From UHGV virus genome UHGV-1383670: DNA of 61,667 nucleotides. One strand, given 5' to 3'. Numbering within the stretch: position 1 is the first letter of the stretch; each line of letters starts with the position of its first letter. Shown here in pieces: positions 1 through 8,854 of this stretch. Made by a program: the position numbers and the translations under genes. Origin of the DNA: a virus. The notes beneath the pieces are model-generated. The model searched no databases. It had not been told where the DNA came from and was given only the letters and a program-made list of their open reading frames with translations.

Positions 1-3000
1 GCAGGAGCAGCTGGCCGACTGGCCGAAGGATGCCGAGCTGAACGAGGCCCGGACCCGTCACGGCGAAGTGCTGGATCAGCTGAAACCGAAGAAAAAAGAG
101 TCTGCCCCGACTGTTGCCAATCCGGAAACGCCGGCGCAGAAGTCGCAACAGGATAATCTGCAGTCGTGGTCGCGCATTTCCAGCGGCCAGCGTCAGGCTT
201 CGCAGAAAAATCTCGCAGAAATGCGTCGCATGCGTGCGCAGGCTGCACCGACTGATCGGTTTGCTGAGCTGGTGCGTCGTATCGAGTTCCAGAACCAGAG
301 GGAAACCAGTAACCCGCAACGTGTTCTTGCGTCCCTACGTGCAGCTGAATTGAGCGGGCAGTACGACGCGAAAGGCATGCAGCTCGCACAGTGGCTTATC
401 CGCCAGTACCCGAATGTGGCCCGTTCTCTGAACATCGAGATGAAACAGGGTAGTGATGATCTGCCAGCAGGTAACTATAACGTTCCGACGCGGTTGATCT
501 CACTCTACAGCAACTACACGAACGAGCGCGGGCAGAACGTTGCCGGCACTGATGCTGTAACGGCCACACACGAAATCATGCACCATCTGGAACGTATGTT
601 GCCCCGCGACGTGCAGGAGGCCATTGCCGAGCGCTGGTTCGACGCGATGAAAGCCCGTCTGGCTGAATACAAATCCGCTGGCCAGACCCGGAGAGGCGAT
701 CTGCTGGCTGACCTGGTGGCTGGTATGTATGGCGACCGGGCGGGGCTGGAGCGCGCACGTCAGGCCATGATGAGTGGTGAGCTGCCCGGGAGCGACTACC
801 AGTTCGCATCTCCGTCTGAATATTGGGCTGAGAACGGCGCCCGTATCATTGCAGAACGCAAGGCAGAGGCAGAGCGCCGCGCTGGACGTAATTGGGTGGA
901 TAAAGCTGTCGATGTTATGCGGTCCATCATCGCGAAGATCCGTAATCTGGTGGGGCGCAGTAGCGACACGCGCACCGAGCTGGATGACGCACTGGATAGC
1001 GTTCTCGCCGGTGACGGTCAGTTCGTTGCCGACGCGACTACCCTGAACCGCGTAGGCGATGACCTCTACGGCTTATCCGATGCTTTCACTGGGGACGACA
1101 TGCCACAGATGCGGTCCGGTCTGGATCCTGACCCGAACCCGCCGAGCACCGCCGACAACGACGGAATGATTAAGCGCTGGTGGGACACCACGAAAAATTG
1201 GACGAGCGATAAACTCACGCAATCCATGCCGAAACTGCTGGCCACCGTGCCAATGCGGCCGCTGGTGCGCGAGCTGGGGCGCAATCTGGCCGGTGCTGCC
1301 GACTATATGCGCCTGAAACAGAGCATGGACGCCATGCGCAGCGAGTGGCATGCGAAGACGGATAAGGTTGCGCAGCGCTGGCTGAAATACCGCGTGGCCA
1401 ACAAGGCCGAGAACGCCGAGCTGATGGATCTGATGCATGAGGCTACCCGCGTGCAGGTAGACCCGTCAGAGAAGTTCGCCCCGCTGATGACCGACCGTGA
1501 GCGCGATGCCCTGCGTACGGCGCCCATCAACTCCAGCCAGTACGAAACGCTGGTGAAGAAGGCCGCCCAGGACAAGAAGCGCCGCGAGGCTCACCGTTCG
1601 CTGCAGGAGCGCTGGAACAAGCTGTCTCCGGAGGCTCGCGAGATCTACATCGAGGTCCGCGATACCTATAAGGCGATGGCCGACGCCTACGAGGGCATTC
1701 TCCTCAAGAATATGGAGAAGGCCATCAACGTGCGTATCAAGAAGGCCGAACGCGAGCACCGCGCCGATATGGAGGAAATCGCAGACCTTGGCCTGACCGG
1801 CCAGGAGAAACAGGACGCGATCGACAAGGCGAACGGCCGCCTGCGCGCCGCGAAGACGAAAATCTCCTGGAACCGCAAGGCACGCATCACGCAGCTGCGC
1901 CAGCAGTTCGAAATGGAGCGCCTGGCCGGCCCGTATTTCCCGCTGGCCCGCTTCGGCAACTTCTTCGTGACCGTCCGCAACAAGCAGGAGGGCTTCGTGG
2001 AGTCGTTCTCCCGATTTGAGGATGTCACCGCCCAGCGCAAGTTCGCCAACATGATGCGCCAGAACCCGAACTATGAGGTTGAGGTGGGCGCGCTCGATGA
2101 TACCGCGTCCGTCCGTAAAGCCGTGGATCCGAACTTCGTAGCGGACGTTGAGGATATCCTGGCCGACCTGCCGAACGCCGATAAGGTGAAGGATGAGGTA
2201 TGGCAGCGGTACCTGGAGACGTTGCCGGATCTGTCCGTGCGTAAGAACCGCATTCACCGTAAGGGCCGCGCCGGCTTCGATGCCGACGCCCTGCGCGCGT
2301 TCGGGAACCAGATGTTCCATGGTTCACACCAGCTGGCCCGCCTGGCTCACTCCTTCGATATGGAAGAGGCGATCGACCAGGCGCGCGAAGAAGCCCGCCA
2401 CACCAATGACCCGGTGCGCGATACGCTGGTGGTGAACGAAATCGCCAAGCGGCATGAGTTCGTCATGAACCCGACCGGCGGCAGCATCGCCCAGGCGATT
2501 ACGTCTGCAGCGTTCATCTATCACCTGTCCGTCAGTCCGGCGGCCGCGATGGTGAACATGTCGCAGACCGTCATTATCGGCGTTCCGATCCTGGCCTCCT
2601 ACCAGGGCGGCGCCAGGGGCTTCACCCGCGCCTCTAACCAGCTGATGAAGGCGCTGCGCGACTTCACGGTCGGCCGTGGGTATGCCGAACGGTCGAAATA
2701 CCTGACGGCCGACGAAAAGGCGGCGATGGAGCAGGGGTATAACACCGGCGTCATCGACCGTACGCAGTCACACGACCTGGCGGGCGTAGGCGAAACCGGC
2801 GTCGAGTACAGCCCGAAACGCGCCAAAGCGATGGCGGCTATCTCCTGGGCGTTCCACCATACCGAGCGGCTTAACAGGGAAGTCACCTTCCTGGCCGCCT
2901 ACCGCATGGCCCGGGCTAAGGGGGAGAGCCACGCGCAGGCAATCAACACCGCCGGCGACCTGACCTGGAAGACGCACTTCGACTACCAGAACACGTCGCG

Positions 3001-3991
3001 GCCGCGCGTCATGCACAGTGACGTCGCGAAGGCGCTGCTGGTGTTCCGCAACTACAACGTCAACATGCTGTGGCGGCTGTTCCGCGATACGCACCAGGCG
3101 CTGAACGGCGAGAGCAAGGAAATCCGCCGGGAGGCGTTCACGCAGCTGGCCGGGATCACCGGCATGATGATGGCCAACGCCGGCATCAAAGGTACCTGGC
3201 TGTTCGGCATCGCGATGGTGCTGGCCGGCCTGTTCCTGGGTGACGATGAGGATCCGGAAGTCGAGCTGAAAAAAGCCATGGTGAAGTCTATCGGCCCGAT
3301 GATGACCGGCCTCGCGCTCGACGGTATCCCGGGATACATCACCGGCACGTCGCTGAGCGAACGTATCGGTATGCCGGACCTGTGGTTCCGCTCGCCCGAT
3401 CGCCAGCTCGAAGGGCAGGACGAGTATAACTACTGGATGCAGCAGGCGCTGGGTGCCGCCCCGGGCATTGTGCAGAACGCAATGCGCGGCTTCGCGATGT
3501 TCAAGCAGGACCAGACGTATCGCGGCATTGAGACGATAGCGCCGAAGGTCATTAAAGACCTTATGCGCGCGTACCGATACCAGACCGAAGGCGTGACAAC
3601 GCTGAAAGGCGATAAGCTGCTGGAAGAGGTGACGCCATGGGAGACGTTCGTGCAGGCGCTGGGCTTCACGCCGGCCGCACTGGCAGAGCGCTATGCTATC
3701 AATAGCGCAAACATGAACAAACAGAACGCCATCATGAAGGAGCGCAAAGCCCTGCTGGACCGCTACGCCCGCGCTGACAAAGCCGGAGACGAAAAGGCGA
3801 TCGAGCGCATCGAGCAGGATATGGACAAGTTCTCAGCCAGGTACCCGGAGCAGGAAATAACCGAGAAGGTGATTCGTAGCTCTCTGCGTACGCGCGAGCG
3901 AAATAGCGAGAACAATGACGCCGGCATGTTGTACAATCGCCGACTGCGGGAGCGCATCCTGGAAGAGCAATCCCCAACGGTATATCGGTAA
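1..3991 (+). CDS. 3' portion (about 1330 aa) of a giant polyvalent virion protein; the frame is open from nt 2, so the gene enters from outside the window. Contains an HExxH (THEIMHHLE) zincin-like metallopeptidase motif.
   Basis: The ORF track shows 68..3991, but the same frame has no stop back to nt 2 (QEQLADWPKDAEL...). HEIMHH motif at about nt 560-580. Long and alpha-helical, with no start codon context at nt 68. Confidence 0.7.
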   Translation, partial: QEQLADWPKDAELNEARTRHGEVLDQLKPKKKESAPTVANPETPAQKSQQDNLQSWSRISSGQRQASQKNLAEMRRMRAQAAPTDRFAELVRRIEFQNQRETSNPQRVLASLRAAELSGQYDAKGMQLAQWLIRQYPNVARSLNIEMKQGSDDLPAGNYNVPTRLISLYSNYTNERGQNVAGTDAVTATHEIMHHLERMLPRDVQEAIAERWFDAMKARLAEYKSAGQTRRGDLLADLVAGMYGDRAGLERARQAMMSGELPGSDYQFASPSEYWAENGARIIAERKAEAERRAGRNWVDKAVDVMRSIIAKIRNLVGRSSDTRTELDDALDSVLAGDGQFVADATTLNRVGDDLYGLSDAFTGDDMPQMRSGLDPDPNPPSTADNDGMIKRWWDTTKNWTSDKLTQSMPKLLATVPMRPLVRELGRNLAGAADYMRLKQSMDAMRSEWHAKTDKVAQRWLKYRVANKAENAELMDLMHEATRVQVDPSEKFAPLMTDRERDALRTAPINSSQYETLVKKAAQDKKRREAHRSLQERWNKLSPEAREIYIEVRDTYKAMADAYEGILLKNMEKAINVRIKKAEREHRADMEEIADLGLTGQEKQDAIDKANGRLRAAKTKISWNRKARITQLRQQFEMERLAGPYFPLARFGNFFVTVRNKQEGFVESFSRFEDVTAQRKFANMMRQNPNYEVEVGALDDTASVRKAVDPNFVADVEDILADLPNADKVKDEVWQRYLETLPDLSVRKNRIHRKGRAGFDADALRAFGNQMFHGSHQLARLAHSFDMEEAIDQAREEARHTNDPVRDTLVVNEIAKRHEFVMNPTGGSIAQAITSAAFIYHLSVSPAAAMVNMSQTVIIGVPILASYQGGARGFTRASNQLMKALRDFTVGRGYAERSKYLTADEKAAMEQGYNTGVIDRTQSHDLAGVGETGVEYSPKRAKAMAAISWAFHHTERLNREVTFLAAYRMARAKGESHAQAINTAGDLTWKTHFDYQNTSRPRVMHSDVAKALLVFRNYNVNMLWRLFRDTHQALNGESKEIRREAFTQLAGITGMMMANAGIKGTWLFGIAMVLAGLFLGDDEDPEVELKKAMVKSIGPMMTGLALDGIPGYITGTSLSERIGMPDLWFRSPDRQLEGQDEYNYWMQQALGAAPGIVQNAMRGFAMFKQDQTYRGIETIAPKVIKDLMRAYRYQTEGVTTLKGDKLLEEVTPWETFVQALGFTPAALAERYAINSANMNKQNAIMKERKALLDRYARADKAGDEKAIERIEQDMDKFSARYPEQEITEKVIRSSLRTRERNSENNDAGMLYNRRLRERILEEQSPTVYR

Positions 3992-4125
3992 GGAGTGGTA
4001 CCCGTCTCGCTGGCGCGTGATCTGGCTTGACGGGGTGGCTTCGGCCGACCTCGCCCCCTTTGAGGCTTCGCAGAGGGGTATGCGCCCGGAGCTGGCGGGT
4101 AATCACTGCAGTCCAGCAACGAAAC

Positions 4126-4165
4126 AGCCCCCGGTTGCCCACCAGCTCCCGGGGGCTTTTTCTTA
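4126..4165 (+). terminator. Rho-independent terminator after the giant gene
   Basis: GC stem agcccccgg / ccgggggct followed by TTTTTCTT. Confidence 0.6.
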
Positions 4166-4257
4166 TCCTTTGTTGTGGTATCAGCAACACTCAGACTAAA
4201 ATCGAAACGATACCGAAAATCACCGCGTATGACGTGCGGCCAACTTGAGGGCGCGTC

Positions 4258-4848
4258 ATGTCGCAAAATCTCACAGAAAAAGACTATCAAAAGGCCGCGA
4301 ACCAGCTGGGCGTTCCGGTCGCTGCCGTGAAGGCAGTAGCCTCCGTTGAAAGCAATGGCGGCGGATTTCTCCCTGATGGCCGCGTGAAGGTTCAGTTCGA
4401 GCCACACGTATTTTACCAGCGGGTAAAGCTGAAATTCGGCCAGGCTCGCGCCGACAAAGAGCTGAAAGCTCATCCCGACCTGCTGGCGCTAAAGCCAGGC
4501 AGCTATCAGAAGCTCGACCAGGAAGACAAGGATATGGACCGGGCGGCCACCCTGATTGACCGCCAGTGCGCCCTGGAGTCCGCCTCCTGGGGTGCCTTTC
4601 AGATCATGGGCTATCACTGGAAAACCTGTGGATATTCCACCCAGCAGGACTTCATCAACGCGCAGTACAGCGACGCCGGCCAGCTCGATACCTTCGTGCG
4701 CTTCGTCAATGCCGACGTGCGCCTGGTTCGCGCGCTACAGCGCCGTGATTGGGCCGGGTTTGCCAGCGTCTACAACGGCCCCGGCTACAAGGCGAACAAG
4801 TACGACACGAAAATGGCATCCGCTTACGCACAGTTCGGGGGTGCCTGA
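4258..4848 (+). CDS. Endolysin, N-acetylmuramidase (DUF3380 family)
   Basis: N-terminal peptidoglycan-binding-like region and a KAVASVESNGGGF motif typical of DUF3380 muramidases. Sits directly upstream of the spanin genes. Confidence 0.7.
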   Translation: MSQNLTEKDYQKAANQLGVPVAAVKAVASVESNGGGFLPDGRVKVQFEPHVFYQRVKLKFGQARADKELKAHPDLLALKPGSYQKLDQEDKDMDRAATLIDRQCALESASWGAFQIMGYHWKTCGYSTQQDFINAQYSDAGQLDTFVRFVNADVRLVRALQRRDWAGFASVYNGPGYKANKYDTKMASAYAQFGGA

Positions 4849-5198
4849 TGGACGAATTCAACCCTTCCGGGGGCGTCATCGGCGCGATCGGTGCTGCGGG
4901 CGCCGCGCTGGTTACGGGGATTATCTGGCTGCGCAAAACGCTGGCCAGTACCGCCGCCGATGTCGCCGGCGACCGCGCCGAAGTCGATATGATTTCGGTG
5001 CTGCAGCAGGAGAACAAAGAGCTGCGCGAACGTCTCAACGAAACGGAGAAAGAGCGAAACGAGCAGTGGAAGCAAATCGCTGACCTGTCCGCTCAGCTGC
5101 AGATCATCCAGGCAAAGATGGAAAGCCTTACCGAAACCAACCAGGCGCTGACTGCCGAGGTGCAGCGCCTGCGCCAGGCACTGGAGGCACGCTCATGA
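4848..5198 (+). CDS. Lysis-associated membrane protein (1 TM plus coiled coil; holin or lysis-regulator candidate)
   Basis: ATGA overlap with the endolysin stop. Gly/Ala-rich TM (GVIGAIGAAGAALVTGIIWL) then a heptad-rich coiled coil. Confidence 0.4.
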   Translation: MDEFNPSGGVIGAIGAAGAALVTGIIWLRKTLASTAADVAGDRAEVDMISVLQQENKELRERLNETEKERNEQWKQIADLSAQLQIIQAKMESLTETNQALTAEVQRLRQALEARS

Positions 5199-5497
5199 CC
5201 GAACCCAAACACAACAGCCAACGCAGGGCGCTTTGGGGGATCGTCGCCCTGTTCACCGTCGCCGGCGCCAGTGCCGGCTTCGCTGGTGGCCAGATTTTCA
5301 CCCGGGCAAAAGCCATCGTTGAGGTGGAGTCGATACGCATCGCTTACGCGGAGGCCGATAAGGCCCGTAGCCAGGCGCTGGAAATGTGCCTCCGCCTGGC
5401 GCCGAAAGCCGCTCTCTCAGCTGCAGACGCAGCAAAAGCCGCCAAGGAAGCCGCACAAGCCGCCAATCAGGCGGCAAAAGATGCGGAGGTTAAATGA
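5195..5497 (+). CDS. Small membrane protein (holin/antiholin candidate)
   Basis: ATGA overlap with the upstream gene. One hydrophobic TM (WGIVALFTVAGASAGFAGG) and an Ala/Lys-rich C-terminus. Confidence 0.4.
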   Translation: MTEPKHNSQRRALWGIVALFTVAGASAGFAGGQIFTRAKAIVEVESIRIAYAEADKARSQALEMCLRLAPKAALSAADAAKAAKEAAQAANQAAKDAEVK

Positions 5498-6072
5498 ACC
5501 TCACCACTCCCGTTACCGTCAAAGTCGCCGCGATCGCTGGTGCTGCATGCCTGGTTGTCGGCCTCGCCGGCGGCGCCGCGATCGGCAACTGGCTTCGTGG
5601 GCTGCAGGCTGATGCGGATATCGCCCAGCTGAAAGCCGACCATAAGGAAGCTGAAAAACAGTGGCTGGTGGACCGGAACGCCATCACCACCAAAGCCCAG
5701 CAGGAAACCGCCGCAGCCCTGGAGCGCGAGCGCCAGGCGCGTGACGCAGCTGCTGATCTCGATACGAAATATCAGGAGCTGTTAGCCAATGAGAAACTTA
5801 AGAATGATGCTCTGCGCGGTGATATTGCCTCTGGCCAGCGCCGGGTGCGTATCCTCGAAGCAAACCTTGCCACCGCCAACCTTGCAGCCCGTCAGCACGC
5901 CGCAGGCGGAAGTGCCGGCGCCGGCAGCGTGGGCGATGGAAAAGGAACCGAGCTTACTGCCGAAGGTGGACTCCTTGTTCTCGATATCCGGGACGGAATC
6001 AAACGCAGAGAAGACAAAATAGAGTACCTGCAGAGTTACATCACGGACGTGGTAAAACAGTGCAAAAGGTAG
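5494..6072 (+). CDS. Rz-like i-spanin
   Basis: N-terminal TM, coiled coil, a GQRRVRIL motif, and an embedded +1-frame lipoprotein gene. Start overlaps the upstream stop. Confidence 0.65.
   Translation: MNLTTPVTVKVAAIAGAACLVVGLAGGAAIGNWLRGLQADADIAQLKADHKEAEKQWLVDRNAITTKAQQETAAALERERQARDAAADLDTKYQELLANEKLKNDALRGDIASGQRRVRILEANLATANLAARQHAAGGSAGAGSVGDGKGTELTAEGGLLVLDIRDGIKRREDKIEYLQSYITDVVKQCKR
5789..6022 (+). CDS. Rz1-like o-spanin lipoprotein embedded in the Rz frame
   Basis: Signal peptide with lipobox-like LASAGC followed by a Pro-rich stretch (LPPPTLQPVSTPQAEVPAP). Lies wholly inside the i-spanin gene in another frame. Confidence 0.55.
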   Translation: MRNLRMMLCAVILPLASAGCVSSKQTLPPPTLQPVSTPQAEVPAPAAWAMEKEPSLLPKVDSLFSISGTESNAEKTK

Positions 6073-6135
6073 CGCCGGCTGCTATATTCAATTTGCCTCG
6101 TATCATGTCAGTTATTGCCGTTAATAAAACTCCCG

Positions 6136-6166
6136 TCGCCCGCCATTACCGGCGGGCTTTTTTTAT
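6136..6166 (+). terminator. Rho-independent terminator ending the lysis operon
   Basis: gcccgcc-atta-ccggcgggc stem followed by T9. Confidence 0.65.
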
Positions 6167-6232
6167 TGTGCTATTATTTTCGAGGGCAGCGGAACGTCGG
6201 TCTTGTGCTTGTCGTTAAATCAGCCGCCAGCC

Positions 6233-6266
6233 CACAAAAAAGAAGCCCCCAAATCGGGGGCTTTTT
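6233..6266. terminator. Bidirectional terminator between the lysis operon and int
   Basis: An A-run, then agccccc-aaatc-gggggct, then T5. Positioned between convergent genes. Confidence 0.6.
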
Positions 6267-7532
6267 TCATGCTGCTTCGGTGCCGGCAATGACTGTCAAC
6301 CTGGGCGGTGTCTTGTCCTTAATCATCTGCCGCACGAACGCGTCCCAAATCTCCATCGCTTCCCGCTTCTCCGCGATATAGCTGTAGCGGTCATAGCTTT
6401 TGGAGCTGACATCCTGCAGCGTGTGGTTCTGCAGGCGGTCGCGGATCTCCTTCGTGAGGCCTGCCTTGCCGGCGAGCGTCTTCCAGGTGCGGCGCATGTC
6501 CCGGTTCGTGACGTGCGGGATAACGCCCCGGTCGCGCTGGCGCCACAGGAACGAGTAGAGCGTCTGGTGCTGGACCGACAGCGACGGATCCTTGCTGCCC
6601 GGGAAGAACCAGCCGTGTTCGTTCGGCGTGAGGCTGTCCAGCAGCTCGATGGCCATCTTCGGCAGCGGTATGGCGTGCGGTTTCCCATTCTTGGTTTTCG
6701 ACCAGTCGATCATGCCTTCGGCCGCGTCGTACTGGTCCTTATGCAGGGTGCAGATTTCCTGCACGCGCTGTCCGGTCAGCATCAGCAGCATGATGGCGCG
6801 CGGGTAGGAGGGGTGGATCGGCACGTCCGGGTTTTGAAGCCAGCGCCACATAGTTACCCACTCATCCTCACGCAGCCAGCGCTCACCCTGTACCTTTGGT
6901 TCGGTCGGAATGCCGGCGGCCGGGTTGCTCACCAGGTTGAAGCGGCGCGGGCTGGTGGAGCGGTAATCGTGCTCCGACTTCATGCCCCAGGAATAGGCCG
7001 ACCGGATGTAGCTGCGCACATGGTCAGCCATGGACTTTTTGCCGCGCTCGAAGATCGGACGAATGACATTCACCACGTCCTGCGGCTCGATATCCCGAGC
7101 CAGGCGATTGCGGCCCAGGCTGTCCGCTATCTTGTTCAGCCCCTTCCTGGCCTCCTTGTGGCTCGACTTGCCGGCCGCCTCCAGGGCGTCGGCGTACGCC
7201 TCGAACAGGTCGCCCACGGTACCGGGGCGGGTGTCTCCCTGGACCTTGATGCTGGCGCCCTTGTTGATGGCGCCGGCATAGTCGCGGTTGAACAGCTCCC
7301 GGGCATCCGCCAGGCTGGTGTGAGGGTACTCGCCAATCTTTTTCAGCTTGCGTTTGCCGTCGAGCCACTGCTGGGCGAACCAGTTCGAGGTGACGCGCGT
7401 CGGCATCGGTTTCAGGACGAGAACCAGGCGGCCGGTGCCGCGTCCTTCGCCGTCAGCGAGGGTTTCGCTCTTCTGCGTCTTGGCGACCCGCTTTAGAGCC
7501 TTCTGGATTTGACCATCGGTAAGGGCTGGCAT
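6267..7532 (-). CDS. int: Tyrosine integrase, P4/CP4-57-like (DUF4102 arm-binding N-terminus)
   Basis: N-terminal GRLVLVLKP...GKRKLKKIGEYPHTSLADAR arm-binding motif. C-terminal catalytic region with R..H..R..Y (HVTNRDMRRT...YSY). Confidence 0.85.
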   Translation of the reverse strand: MPALTDGQIQKALKRVAKTQKSETLADGEGRGTGRLVLVLKPMPTRVTSNWFAQQWLDGKRKLKKIGEYPHTSLADARELFNRDYAGAINKGASIKVQGDTRPGTVGDLFEAYADALEAAGKSSHKEARKGLNKIADSLGRNRLARDIEPQDVVNVIRPIFERGKKSMADHVRSYIRSAYSWGMKSEHDYRSTSPRRFNLVSNPAAGIPTEPKVQGERWLREDEWVTMWRWLQNPDVPIHPSYPRAIMLLMLTGQRVQEICTLHKDQYDAAEGMIDWSKTKNGKPHAIPLPKMAIELLDSLTPNEHGWFFPGSKDPSLSVQHQTLYSFLWRQRDRGVIPHVTNRDMRRTWKTLAGKAGLTKEIRDRLQNHTLQDVSSKSYDRYSYIAEKREAMEIWDAFVRQMIKDKTPPRLTVIAGTEAA

Positions 7533-7535
7533 GGC

Positions 7536-8072
7536 TTACACCTCCCTGCGAACGTCCGCGAGGAAGATGATGCGGCCGTGCGGCGTGCGGTTATGGGCCG
7601 AGTGCAACACGGTGTCGTCAAACAGGAACGCGGCACCAGGCTCCCATTCGCGGCGCTCGCCGCCGACCACCAGCGCGCAGTCGCCGTTCTGAGGGACAAT
7701 AAGCCCAACATGCAGCCGCACCACTTCGCCGGTGTAGCCGACGTGCGGGTGGATTTCGGTGCCGGGGCGCATCAGGCTGTAGCCTGCATTCAGCGCTGCA
7801 GGATGGCGGCGAACGATGCCGGCGGCCACCGGCGCAACGTTATCCATATCGCTGCCCTGCCAGCGCACTCCGGAGACAAACCAGCCGCCTCCGTTGATGC
7901 TTTCCGGCCAGGCTGTGTAGCCGTCGCCTTTGACGAGCTGCAGCGCTTCTTCTGTCAGCTGCCGATAGCTGGCGCAGAGATCGGCGGCGAGCGCGGCCGC
8001 TGCCGGGAAGTCGTTCAGGTTCAGGAATCCGCTTACGCGCTCCCCGGTGGGGGAGGTGGTTTCAAGTCTCAA
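7536..8072 (-). CDS. Aspartyl/asparaginyl beta-hydroxylase family protein (LpxO-like cupin dioxygenase); start uncertain (TTG at 8072 or 8165)
   Basis: IHPHVGYTGEVVRLHVGLIVP and FDDTVLHSAHN match 2-His Fe(II)/2OG Asp/Asn-hydroxylase signatures. Its stop lies 4 nt before the int start, so the two look co-transcribed. The N-terminal 30 aa of the longer ORF are low-complexity. Confidence 0.55.
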   Translation of the reverse strand: MRLETTSPTGERVSGFLNLNDFPAAAALAADLCASYRQLTEEALQLVKGDGYTAWPESINGGGWFVSGVRWQGSDMDNVAPVAAGIVRRHPAALNAGYSLMRPGTEIHPHVGYTGEVVRLHVGLIVPQNGDCALVVGGERREWEPGAAFLFDDTVLHSAHNRTPHGRIIFLADVRREV

Positions 8073-8404
8073 AATCTTATCCTCGCTGGTATCGGTTCGG
8101 GGGTGGTTGGTGGTGCTGTTGTTGGTGTCGGTTTGCCCGACGCACCCCCTTTTATTGATCGCCAACCGCTACCAGTCAATAACCGGGAAAATCACCGGTA
8201 ATCAAAGGGTTTGAGAGTGAACGAGCGTGAACTAAAAACTGTGAGTAGGGTGATTGTGGACCACGCAACTACGTTCTAAATTCCGCTTTGTTTTCAAACC
8301 CTTTAGCCGGTGACGCTTCTTAACTGGTGTCGCGGTTTGGTGCTGGTTTCGTTTTGACCTCTCGCATATTCCCGTTCGGTCACTCACCGCCACCAGCATT
8401 ACCG

Positions 8405-8488
8405 CTACGTGTCTTTCAGCGCCAGGCCGACGCAAATCAGCGCCGGTATCGCGATGAGGATGTCCAGCAGATCGCTACCTGTGACCAT
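8405..8488 (-). CDS. Possible 27-aa hydrophobic peptide (MVTGSDLLDILIAIPALICVGLALKDT), a type-I-toxin-like small membrane protein
   Basis: ATG preceded by GAGGTG at a 6-nt spacing. Single TM. Below the ORF-track length cutoff. Confidence 0.2.
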   Translation of the reverse strand: MVTGSDLLDILIAIPALICVGLALKDT

Positions 8489-8635
8489 GCGGCACCTCGC
8501 GAACCCACATTTCATGATGGGACGTTAAGCCGACGCGGCGAGATTTGAAGATGACGAACTTACATTCTCGCCACTTACTCCATACCCGCTTCCGCTTTAG
8601 TCGAAGCCAGCGCTTCGCTTTGATATCTCGCTTAC

Positions 8636-8854
8636 TCACTTCTTACCCCTTAACCGCCGCCAGGCGGTGATGATGAATTTTGGAAGGAACGGGTTTCTGA
8701 CTTCTGGTTTCGGCTGCAGCGCTTCCCAATAGGCGAAAAGGGCGAGGCGCAACGTGCGCCCGCTAGCTATCACCACTTCCGCCCCTTTAACGTGGCCATA
8801 GCAGGCAAGCCACTTGCCTTGATGCTTGATGAAATGCGGTTTTGGATGCTTCAC
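8636..8854 (-). CDS. Hypothetical small basic protein
   Basis: ORF whose start overlaps the downstream gene arrangement. Function unknown. Confidence 0.35.
   Translation of the reverse strand: MKHPKPHFIKHQGKWLACYGHVKGAEVVIASGRTLRLALFAYWEALQPKPEVRNPFLPKFIITAWRRLRGKK

Noticed and set aside
114-3669. Many short ORFs on both strands overlapping nt 1-3991 (e.g. 114..353, 1466..2320, 3052..3348)
   Set aside because: They overlap the long coherent frame of the giant protein and have low-complexity Arg/Ser/Pro composition.
8327-8548. ORF 8327..8548 (+) and 8232..8435 (-) in the int-upstream gap
   Set aside because: Low-complexity composition, no RBS, and overlap with the inverted-repeat region. 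The region was treated as non-coding apart from the possible 27-aa peptide.
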